Below, one piece after another: positions 54,855 through 64,000 of a stretch of DNA of 64,000 nucleotides. How positions within the stretch are numbered: the stretch's first letter is position 1; every line of letters begins with the position of its first letter. Origin of the DNA: Eledone cirrhosa (taxonomy: Eukaryota); contig OZ024746.1 of the NCBI GenBank assembly GCA_964016885.1, forward strand, positions 69,688,001-69,752,000, read 5' to 3'. A program made the position numbers and the translations under genes. The notes beneath the pieces are model-generated. The model searched no databases and was not told where the DNA came from. It saw only the letters and a list, made by a program, of their open reading frames with translations.

Positions 54855-57800
54855 GAGTCCCAGGTAAGGTACTCAATATATTAGTAGAGTGAATACAAAA
54901 AGTTTAATATAGAAGCCATTTGATTCAGTGAATTACCGGTGGTGGCACCATGAGCCAATCCAGCTAATACAGGTCAATATACAAAAAATAAATAAATAAA
55001 TAAATAAATACATGTAAACGCAACTTCATGGATACACACACACATGTATGTATATACACACACTGGACGGGCTTCCTCAGCTCAAATCTATAGAAGACAC
55101 TTCCTAGAGGTGCTGCATGGTGAGATAGGACTGCAAACCTCATGAGTGGGAAGTGTACTATCTTTACCCAACAGCCATGTCTAACTGTCAGTATATAAAT
55201 GATTTAATAATCCCAGTAGACATTTGAGTTTGAAATAGAAACCCATAAACAGAACAATTTTTCTTGAAAATACAAATTGATTTTAGTAGATTTAGTAGTT
55301 GCTCTTAACCTGATATATTTTTACACATACAGACAAGGTTCTAAGTCAATAGAATAATTTGGAACATTTCTTAATAATTTGGAGCACAACTTCAAAAATA
55401 AAATTTCCTCAGTGGTAATTATGGTGCCATAAAATGCACCCAGTACACTGTAAAATGGTCATCATTAGAAAGGACATTCATCTATAGAAACCATGCCAAA
55501 ATATGGAATGTATGAACAAAACAGTTTTCTAATCCATCTAGCTTCAGACCATGACAGCTCATCCAACCCATGCCAGCAAAGAAAATGGACATAAAACAAT
55601 GATGATAGAATCATCATCATCGTTTAACGTCTATCTTCCACGCTAGCATGGGCTTAGATGGGAATTGTCCCACTTGAGGCAAGATTGGTCGTCTCGCTCG
55701 TATGGGACTGTCTGCCCTTCCTAACACCAACCATGTTTACAGTGTGGACTGGGAGGTTTTTACCGTGTTACCTACACGGTCACATTACAGCGCGGACTGT
55801 GTGTTTCTTTTTGTCGTGACACCCAGAATATTTACCTCTAAAGCCCTTTTCTTTGCCAAATTAAATCCCTCTGTAATGTGCCTGGGATGAAGGCCCTGAA
55901 AAATAAAGTATACAACAAATTAGAAAAATCTGTAAAAATCTATTATTTTGATAACAGTCATTATCAATAGCTTCAATAGAATTATGCAAAACAAAAGTTA
56001 CATATATATATATATATATAGACTATTTAAACCCTTTTGATACCAACCCAGCCAAAACCAACTATGGTTCTATGAAACAAAAACATATTTCAAGGAGCTC
56101 CTATTTAAATTAAAATCTTCCAACAATATGTAGACTTACTAAATAATGAAATAATTTTAGTAGATCATTCAAAATTTTTCAATAATAAATTGCAATAGAG
56201 TGTATTTCATTAGAAATACTGTCACAAAAGTGTTCAAATCTGCTAATACTGTTCTGAATTTAAATTTAGATGTAGTTGATTAAAAATAGCCAAGTAGCTT
56301 GTATAGGACAGCAAAGAAATAATGTTACAGAGACATGATAATCTTTGTATTTTCAGAGCATAGAAAATATAACATTTTACAGGATTCTCCAAGACAATAG
56401 AATTTACTAAGAATGAAAATGGAAACAATTTCTAACCCTCAAGCAACAAAAAATTTACAGCTTCAAAAACATGAAGCACTAAAAATTCAAATTTAATTTC
56501 CTTTTGATAATCAACTCTGGTTCTATGAAACAAAACCATCACCATTTAATCTTTTTTCCTGCTGGTAAAGGTTAGGCACAAATCTTCCAACATAATTATA
56601 TATAAGAACTATTTGTTATGTTATGTTATACATATTATATTAATAATGAAATAATTTTAATAAATCCCCTCAAAATTCTTCATTAATTAATTGAAATAGT
56701 ATTTCATAAAACAATAATGAAAGGGTTACCAAATATTTCACTAGCCTTGGAGTGAACCAAGTAGTGCAATGCACAAACTAAAATCAATAGGAATTCTGCA
56801 TTACATTCAAAGAATATTGCTGTACATTTAACAAATTAGAAATAGAACATCTGAAGATATTTTGGCAGAATTATTTTATAACAAAGCTTTTATTTCAATA
56901 ACAAAATTGTGTCAAATTAATAAACCCTGACATTACTATATTTCTAATGAGAAGTACAGCCACTAATTTTCAAATTTTTTTAATTTGGGGGGGGATTTAG
57001 TAATATAGCTAAGTTTTCATTATTTATCTCGTGTTGAGGGCGGTGGATTGGCAGTATCGGTAGAGGGTCGGACGCCATGCTTTCCAGCATAGTTACGTCC
57101 CTTTACGATCTGAGTTCAAATCCCGCCGAGGTTGACTTTGCCTTTCATCCTTACGGGGTCGATAAAATAAAGTACCAGTAATGCACTGGGTATTTGCTGG
57201 CCTTGTGCCTAAAGTAGAAACAATTATTTATTTGGTGTTTGGCTATAACTAAGGTTCTTACATGAAACTATGATGGGAGGATTTTAGATAAATATAAACA
57301 CTTAAAAAAAAAAAAAAAGTTTTCTATTGTAAAACCAAGGGCAGTTTCAGGCAGTTTGGTATAAAAATTGTTAACAGAATATGAAATTTATTGACGAGAT
57401 TAAATATAATTATTTTATACTCAGTGAAAAACCAAATTTATGTTTATAATGAGGCAGTAAGTTGACAACCATTAGAGTGTAATGAAACAAAGGATGAAAG
57501 GTAAAATAAACATTAGCAAAATCTGAACTCTCAGCACAGTAAGCCAGAAAAAATACAGTATGTGTTAGTAAGATAATGCATCAGTCAAAGATGGAGTGGC
57601 AGCATTGTTGGTGTTGGATGAGAAGCCTAATAGTATTTGTTGTTGCATACTCAGGCAGTTGACTTAATCCATCATCCACTTTATCACCACCTTCTGGTCC
57701 TTGGATATCTTTAGCTGAGTTTCCTTTGTAGCAAGCATTCAGACCAGGTCTCTAGTTTCTGGATTCCTTTCTAGCCTCTCCTTTCCACCAACTGTGAAAA

Positions 57801-59488
57801 CCCTGAGAAGGGTCATGCACTTCTCTTCTCTCCTTAACCCTTTAGTGTTCAAACCGCCCGAAAACACCCACACTAAAAAATCGTTCTAAAAATAAACAAA
57901 CCATCATCAAAATCTCGTCAATTCAAGACTGCTGCGACATTAGGCTCTTACCGCGAAAATTAACACTTAATATAGTGGAACAACTTAAAACAACAAGTGG
58001 TTTTTTAACTTTGAAAGTGCAACAAATTTTTTTTTGTATCAACAATGGCTTGTGAAAGTAGTGATACCGACTTTGAAGTTTTTACACACGACAACATTCA
58101 GAATAAACAAGAAATAAACAATATCTTCAAATGAATCTGATGTTTATATTTTTGAAATTTCGTCTGACGATGTTTGTTGTTTTGAAAGTGAAAACTAAGG
58201 AGACTCCAGGGCACCATTGAAAACATTACAGCAACGTGGCTGAAAGATACCACACATATATGTTCCCGATTTTATTCAAAATACTGGTCCACAACACACA
58301 TTTGCTCCCAATGATAAAGCACTGGATTATTTCTTTTTGTTTTGACCACAAACTTTCTTTGAAGTTGTGGCAGAAGTGATTAATTGATATACCCAACAAC
58401 AGATTTCAAATCAAGGAAAACCCGATCTGTTATGGCGACCGACAGATGCTGCGGAAATGCAACCATATTTTTCCATAAATATTATGTTCGGTATAAAACA
58501 ATTTCCAAGACTGTGGAATTACTGGAACACTGATATAAGGTTTAGTGATTCTTATATATCAAGTATTATGCCAAAAACATATTTAAAATTAAACCAGTAT
58601 TTGCACCTGGTTGATACTTCAAATGCCCCTATTAATTAATTTCACCTGGCCATAAAAGTCAAATTTGATCCAAAAAAAATCAGGTAAAATTATATAATTG
58701 TAAATTATTGATATTTAAACATCTGACAAAATTTCAAGCCTGCACATAGAAAATTACAAACAAATATAATTGATAACCCTCTTGAGTATGATTAACTCAA
58801 AATAATTGTTTCTACTTTAGGCACAAGGCCAGCAATTACCCAGTGCATTACTGGTACTTTATTTTATCGACCCCGTAAGGATGAAAGGCAAAGAATGCGA
58901 ACAGATATGCCGTTTGAAAATTAATGCGAATGCTAAAGGGTTAACTAAACAATTTTATAGCCTGAGTTTGTAACTTACCTCGGAAATGTAGAGCTCAGCT
59001 TGTTTCAGAAGTTCTCCAATAAGAAGAACATTTGAAGTGGTCCCATCTCCTGTTACATCATCCTGGGCTGTGGCTGCCCGGGCAATCAAAGATGCTGTAG
59101 GATGCTGAATTTGCTAAAAACAAAGGAAAATATTTTTTTAAAATAAACTCTCGAGTCCCAAATAGCAGGGAGTGTTGGAATAAATGGGAGGAGATTAGAA
59201 AATTATTTTTCTCGGTTGTCATCATCGATTTTTTTAAAAACCAGAATTAGTTTAGTTTACATATTAAGACCTTAACATATCCTATTTATTTCATAATGTA
59301 TGAGATTTCTAGTAATGTACCTTTTTTGTCATGTATGGATGTTTTTTTTAATGTATAAAGTAAATTAATTGTTGCAGGAATGCTACCACTTAAAATAAAA
59401 TTTCATTGCATAGATTAGAAAAATTTAATAAGCAGGAGGGGTGGACAATTATTTGAAACCCAAAAGTAACTATCCGTTATAATACACC

Positions 59489-59527
<39 letters not shown>

Positions 59528-61507
59528 ACCCATGCTAATGTGGAAGATGGACGTTAAACGATGGTGATGATGATATATACATATCTGTAACTAAAATTTA
59601 CACACAGAAACACAGCTTTCCAAGCCCTAGGTTATATTCCTACATTTGTTCTTGTAAATAATTAATTTCTCCAAAGTTACTCATTTATTTAATCTTATGT
59701 CATTTGTATATATATATATATATATGATGGTCATTTATCCTAGAAACAAATTAAAATATCGTTCTTATTCTTAACCACTTCCATTGTCAGTCATCATCAT
59801 CACCATTTTACGTCCGTTCTTCCATGCTAGCATGGGTTAGACGGGTTGTCCTGTTGTGAGCAGTGACTGGTCGGCTGACCATGCCTTGTTCATACAGGAA
59901 CTGATTTTGGCTCGATTTCTACAGCTGGATGCCCTTCCTAACACCAACCTCATTTACAGTGAGTGCTGGGTGCTTTTTTTGCCGTGGTACCTCCACGACC
60001 ACCTTGCAGTGGGAGGGTGTGGCGGCATATTGTCTATATGCTTCAGCTTGTACCCATGGGAGGTCGGGTACTCTGTATTACCGCGTGACGCCAGAGGTCA
60101 CGGTCGCGTGTCATCGCCTTTGAGGTGTAATTGGGTATGGTCAGCTTTTATCACCTCATCCCAGGTCTTCTTGGGTCTCCCCACTCCGCGGTTTCCATTG
60201 ACTTCTAGTGCTCTGCACCTTTCTATGCAGCTGTCATCCTTCATACGCATCACATGTCCATACCAACGCAACCGCCTCTCCTGCACACAGCATTTGATTC
60301 CTCTTATGCTCAGTCTCTCAATTCATTTATGCTTTGTCGTTCGCATATATTACTATTACACATCCATCGGAGCAGGCTTCATTTCTAATCTACGCAAGTC
60401 TTCCACAGACAGCACCCAGGTCTCACTACCATGTAACAGTGCTGTTCAGATACACGCATCATACAGTCTGCCTTTCATTTTGAGGGAGAAGCCTTTTGCA
60501 GCTAGCAGTGGCAGTAGTTCCCTGAACTTCTTCCATCCTGTTCTTACCCTAGTTATTGTACTTTCTGAACACCCACCTCCGCTGCTAATTCGGTCACCTA
60601 GGTAGCAAAAGCTGTCTACTGTTTCTACAGAGCCCTCCCAAAGATTGGTGGTACTTGTTTCCTGTGGCTGTTTGCTGTCCCAGCACAGCTGCTACATGTG
60701 TGTGAAGCCTACAATCTTAATTAAGCTTCCTGAGATCCCGCTACATCTCTTGTGTACCCATTGTTTGCATTTGGGGCAGAGAATGGAGTTCCTACTTACA
60801 CCTTTCCTACATACTGAGCAAGGCCATTTCCCTGAGGGGATCTGGGTTCTGTTTTCTCGTCTAATTACAAGGACCTTAGTCTTTGTCATGTTGACTTTGA
60901 GACCCTTTCTTTCTAGTCCCTGCTTCCAAGTTTGGAATTTCTTCTCTAGTTCTACCATTCAGCTATAAGTGCGAGGTCATCAGCATATAGAATTTGTGAG
61001 AATAATGAAGTCAGAGTGAAAATATTAACTCTTAACACCATGTCCACATGAAACTATGAGCAGACATTCTTGTTAAGTATAAAACAGCACTACAAATGCA
61101 TCGCAAAATTAAACATCTGAATTAAAAACATTTTCTGCTAAATTATTATCAGATGTTAAAATTAAAGCTCATAGATAAGACGAAAGAGATGTTATATTGT
61201 AGATATGCCCAACCCAAACTAGAGAAGAAAATATACGTTAGCTTATGATGATGATTAAACTACTAGCATAAACAAGATAATTAATCAACCCCAGATACCA
61301 TTCTACAATTAACAATTTTACTTCAGGTCAGTGATCACAAGATAACCTTGCTTCATAAAAAAAAAAAAATACAAAATATGACTTAGGGATTAAAAATTTA
61401 TGGTTTTGTCAATGAAAATGGAAAAATGACTTTTCAAACTCACCATCTCATGTAAAAGTACATTTCCATCTTTGGTTAGTTTGATATCTCCAGCTCCAGA
61501 TACCAAC
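33540..61507 (-). CDS. CCT6: T-complex protein 1 subunit zeta (CCT6 chaperonin), 14 coding exons in window, first coding exon outside window
   Basis: Exons join in frame with GT-AG boundaries (1462 nt, first base completes a split codon). The product has [69 protein letters not shown] and C-terminal [17 protein letters not shown]. Confidence 0.98.
34990..35062 (-). CDS. CCT6: CCT6 exon 14 (73 nt)
   Basis: [34 protein letters not shown] boundaries. Confidence 0.95.
36335..37329 (+). mobile_element. piggyBac internal-deletion derivative
   Basis: TTAA|CCCT..AAAGGG|TTAA ends; transposase remnants ([35 protein letters not shown]). Confidence 0.9.
38931..39074 (-). CDS. CCT6: CCT6 exon 13 (144 nt)
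   Basis: [57 protein letters not shown] boundaries. Confidence 0.94.
39122..39820 (-). mobile_element. Non-autonomous Helitron with full-length SINE (39539-39727)
   Basis: Same termini and body as 6642-7413; ends 47 nt from a CCT6 splice acceptor. Confidence 0.75.
40285..40377 (-). CDS. CCT6: CCT6 exon 12 (93 nt)
   Basis: [41 protein letters not shown] boundaries, phase 1-1. Confidence 0.94.
41028..41175 (-). CDS. CCT6: CCT6 exon 11 (148 nt)
   Basis: [49 protein letters not shown]. Confidence 0.96.
41745..42100. repeat. Minisatellite, ~39 bp unit CATTAGTCTGTCAATCATCACCTAAGTTACTCCCACATACTA
   Basis: About 8-9 tandem copies in a CCT6 intron. Confidence 0.93.
42150..42350 (-). mobile_element. 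Degraded LINE RT C-terminal remnant
   Basis: [18 protein letters not shown] resembles the RRL..GHV.R motif. Confidence 0.5.
42467..42563 (-). CDS. CCT6: CCT6 exon 10 (97 nt)
   Basis: [32 protein letters not shown]. Confidence 0.96.
43282..43359 (-). ncRNA. Intronic box C/D snoRNA, SNORD29/snR71-like
   Basis: - strand TCTGGA..ATGATGA(C) ATCTATCTCAGCTCACT CAGA(D') TGATGA(C')..CTGA(D) TCCAGA. It has a terminal stem, is sense to host CCT6, and its guide is complementary to LSU rRNA GUGAGCUGGG. Confidence 0.8.
43694..43776 (-). CDS. CCT6: CCT6 exon 9 (83 nt)
   Basis: [38 protein letters not shown] boundaries. Confidence 0.96.
45579..45738 (-). CDS. CCT6: CCT6 exon 8 (160 nt)
   Basis: [53 protein letters not shown]. 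Confidence 0.96.
45943..48887 (+). mobile_element. RTE-clade LINE, 5'-truncated, antisense in CCT6 intron
   Basis: ORFs 45964-47310 and 47431-48354 are in the same frame, separated by one TAG (GVH*GSVLSP). RT motifs [50 protein letters not shown]; the 3' UTR ends in (GAT)n. Confidence 0.95.
49393..49791 (-). mobile_element. Non-autonomous Helitron, 3' portion only
   Basis: CTAG end and hairpin present; the sequence stops at the embedded SINE. Confidence 0.72.
49976..50961 (-). mobile_element. piggyBac internal-deletion derivative lacking one terminus
   Basis: AAAGGG|TTAA at 50961; [26 protein letters not shown]; fused to SINE/Helitron on its other side. Confidence 0.88.
51262..51372 (-). 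CDS. CCT6: CCT6 exon 7 (111 nt)
   Basis: [46 protein letters not shown] boundaries. Confidence 0.96.
51760..52275. mobile_element. Two old LINE C-terminal remnants in opposite orientation
   Basis: [17 protein letters not shown] on +, and a related sequence on - at 52060-52275; similar remnants at 34140-34340 and 54150-54420. Confidence 0.5.
52983..53086 (-). CDS. CCT6: CCT6 exon 6 (104 nt)
   Basis: [46 protein letters not shown] boundaries. Confidence 0.93.
53913..54026 (-). CDS. CCT6: CCT6 exon 5 (114 nt)
   Basis: [47 protein letters not shown] boundaries. Confidence 0.94.
55612..55825 (-). mobile_element. RTE LINE 3' UTR fragment (same subfamily as 45943-48887)
   Basis: Reverse complement of parts of 48535-48880. 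Confidence 0.85.
55836..55895 (-). CDS. CCT6: CCT6 exon 4 (60 nt)
   Basis: [32 protein letters not shown] boundaries. Confidence 0.94.
57038..57228 (+). mobile_element. Full-length tRNA-SINE inserted in a MITE
   Basis: Near-identical to 39539-39727. Further copies at about 10-215, 4045-4240, 7717-7903, 49080-49295 and 49792-49975. Confidence 0.9.
57838..58940 (+). mobile_element. piggyBac internal-deletion derivative with partial SINE insertion
   Basis: TTAA|CCCTTTAG..CTAAAGGG|TTAA; homologous to 36335-37329; SINE 3' part at 58802-58893. Confidence 0.92.
58979..59113 (-). CDS. CCT6: CCT6 exon 3 (135 nt)
   Basis: [52 protein letters not shown] boundaries. Confidence 0.96.
59790..60992 (-). 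mobile_element. RTE LINE 3' fragment (YADD to 3' tail), degenerate
   Basis: [28 protein letters not shown] with frameshifts; (GAT)n-type tail near 59790. Confidence 0.92.
61444..61507 (-). CDS. CCT6: CCT6 coding exon 2 (64 nt)
   Basis: AG|G TTG GTA TCT GGA..GAG ATG|GTGAGT; [21 protein letters not shown]. Confidence 0.95.
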
Positions 61508-61816
61508 CTTAATAGACAAACAAAACTTACAATTAATAACAGGCAATAATAATTTGTGGTTTTCTGAGATTTACACAATTCAGCAAAGAAAATCTGAAAT
61601 GAGGTGATTCAAATCCCCATGAAGCCATTTGATACCAAGCGTTGGTTCTATGAACAAAATTATCTATTTTAAAGAATTGTTTAAATTAAAAAACCTAATA
61701 TAATTTTATAAAAAAAAAAACTCAAGTTAATACTATCTTCATAATGAAATAACTTTAGTAACTCCTGCCAAATTCTTCATTAATTGTTTACTATTAGAAA
61801 TATGGTAATGAAAGGT

Positions 61817-62130
61817 ACATGGCTTAGTGGTTAGAGCATTGGCCCTGCAATCGAAAGGTTGTGAGTTCAATTCTCAGACCGGGTGACGTGTTGTTTCCTT
61901 GAGCAAGACACTTTATTTCACATTGCTCCAGTTTACTCAGCTGTAGAAATGAGATTCCACTGCAAAGTGGTCATGGAGGTGCCACGGCAAAAAAGCACCC
62001 AGCACTCACTGTAAATGAGGTTGGTGTTAGGAAGGGCATCCAGCTGTAGAAATCAAGCCAGAATCAGTTCCCGTCCCACCCTTGCAAGCAAGGAAAAAGC
62101 GGACATAAAATGATGATGATGATGATGATG
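61817..62130 (+). mobile_element. tRNA-headed SINE with CCTTGAGCAAGACACTT core and RTE-derived 3' tail
   Basis: A box TGGCTTAGTGG, B box GAGTTCAATTC; the 3' half matches the RTE 3' UTR at 59790-60010; (GAT)n tail. Confidence 0.8.
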
Positions 62131-62225
62131 TCTATAATTTTGAAGTCATTTTGAAAATAATCAAGAATTTGAAGGGGTTTAGTAATATAACCATTAAGTT
62201 GGTGTCTGGAAAACAGGTTACTTTT

Positions 62226-62500
62226 GTTTGGTCATCTGATGTCTGAGCACTGTGGTCAGTTTGGTCATCTGATGTCTGAGCACTGTGGTCAGTTTGGTCA
62301 TCTGATGTCTGAGCACTGTGGTCAGTTTGGTCATCTGATGTCTGAGCACTGTAGTCAGTTTGGTCATCTGATGTCTGAGCACTGTGGTCAGTTTGGTCAT
62401 CTGATGTCTGAGCACTGTGGTCAGTTTGGTCATCTGATGTCTGAGCACTGTGGTCAGTTTGGTCATCTGATGTCTGAGCACTGTGGTCAGTTTGGTCACC
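62226..62500. repeat. Minisatellite, 30 bp unit GTTTGGTCATCTGATGTCTGAGCACTGTGGTCA-type
   Basis: About 9 nearly identical tandem copies, no spacers. Confidence 0.95.
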
Positions 62501-63189
62501 TGTAGAACTAACGTGGACAGATGGCTTCACAATGTGGTCAGTTTGTTTGTACAGTTTCGTTGATACGAGCTGTAGAGGATTGAAATGTGCTGTCTGTAGA
62601 ACTTGAGCTTTCTTTGGATGTTATCAGGGAAAGTGTGGAATGATGTGAAATTTTTTAAATTTTTCGTTTCTGAAGACTTTCTTAGAGCAAAAATGAAATA
62701 ATTTCATTACAACAAACTATTATATTTCTATAAGTTGCCTAATTTTTATTAGGCTTGTTTAGAAAACTACATTTAGCAAGGGAAAATTCAATAAATTATC
62801 TTTCAGAAAAGTGCAAGTTTAATCTTTGGATTACTGGCTTTGATATTTTATGGATTTTTAACTAATCTTTTGTGTAAAAAACCCTGCAAAATTACTAACT
62901 TAAAATTATCATAAAATTCTATAGACACAATTTTTTTAGCTGTGGTTTTTTGCTTCTCCCTTAAGGTCTTATTCAACATAAAATTTGCAATAAACAATGA
63001 TAGGAAAAATATTTTTTAATATTTTCCCACTCTGCTCTTAGCATCACTGATGCTCACAACAAAGGGAGGAAGAGAGACTGACTCCAGCTGGCCCAATAGA
63101 AGGGCCAGCTGGTGAAATTGACAGTTATAGGGTCAAACAAGCGAATAAGATGAAAATGGTAAAGTAGGAGCCAAACTAATCACCAACAT

Positions 63190-64000
63190 AGTCGACTGGC
63201 GCAGTAGTACACTCAATTGTTACAAGAGAAAGGGTGATGCTTGCAATAAGAGCAACCAGAGGCATAAAACTAATGGACCAAGTTATGAAAGGAACAGAAA
63301 TAGTTCTAGCACAACTAATAAGGGAAAGAGTCAAATTAAATGAGAAGCAACTTGGTTTTATGCCAGTGAGGAGTACTTTCTTAGTGAGACAACTACAAGA
63401 GAAGTTCCTAGATAGTGTAAGCCACTATATCTGGATGTTAGTGATCTGGAGAGGGCTTTCAACAGCAGTGCAAGCCATGTACAGATGAGCTGTTAGTAGA
63501 GTGAGAGTAGGTAATGAATTTAGTGAGGAGTGCATCAGGGCTCAATCTTCAGTCCATTATAGTTCTCCAAGCCATAACAGGAGTTTTAAGACTGGCTGTC
63601 TATGGGAAATGGTTCTTATAGCTGAATCTGTAGAAGAGCTAGAAAAGAAATTTCAGCTCCTGAAACAATCAAATGAGTTCAGAGTAAATTTGGCAAAAAC
63701 CAAAGTTTTAAGAAGTAGAAAAGAAGACTGGACACTGATCTCATCGGGGAAGTGGCCTTACTTGTTATGTAGAAAAGGTGTAAGTAGAAACTCTATACAA
63801 TGCACACAATGTAAATCTTGGGTACACATGTGGTGTAGTGGGATAGCAGGAAAGGTAGAGTTTGTATGTAGTAAATGTATAGGGATAGTTGGCATTAGCA
63901 AATTAGCAAAATAAAAAATTCCCAATTCCAAGAACTCTTCATAGAAGTGGTTGATAATTCATACTACCTAGGTGATCGATCAAATTAGAAGTGAGGAAGG
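63190..64000 (+). mobile_element. Degraded RTE LINE RT fragment
   Basis: [50 protein letters not shown], with frameshifts. Confidence 0.88.

Noticed and set aside
57038-57130. tRNA gene
   Set aside because: A and B boxes belong to a SINE head; there is no cloverleaf, and it continues into the SINE core.
62132-62530. Repetitive ORF (SDDQTDHSAQT)n or a CRISPR-like array
   Set aside because: Head-to-tail 30-bp minisatellite with no unique spacers, inside a eukaryotic intron.

Overview
AT-rich, repeat-dense metazoan genomic DNA. The SINE/LINE repertoire and huge (TA)n arrays suggest an octopod cephalopod (inference). Two convergent spliced genes are present. On the + strand are the last two coding exons of a claudin/PMP22/EMP-like tetraspan membrane protein (12951-19286). 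On the - strand are 14 coding exons of chaperonin CCT6/TCP-1 zeta (33540-61507); its first exon lies beyond the window. A CCT6 intron holds a box C/D snoRNA resembling SNORD29/snR71. Mobile DNA includes a nearly intact RTE LINE with one nonsense codon, further RTE and R4/Dong-like remnants, many tRNA-derived SINEs, piggyBac deletion derivatives and MITEs, and a non-autonomous Helitron family. The most unusual feature is a cluster of seven foldable type I hammerhead ribozyme motifs (plus two decayed ones) between 14 and 27.3 kb. They mostly sit in short, mutually unrelated cassettes next to (TA)n arrays, several are flanked by long inverted duplications, and they show recurring non-canonical cores (U3-A8 and U10.1.U11.1). 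All coordinates and folds were derived by eye.
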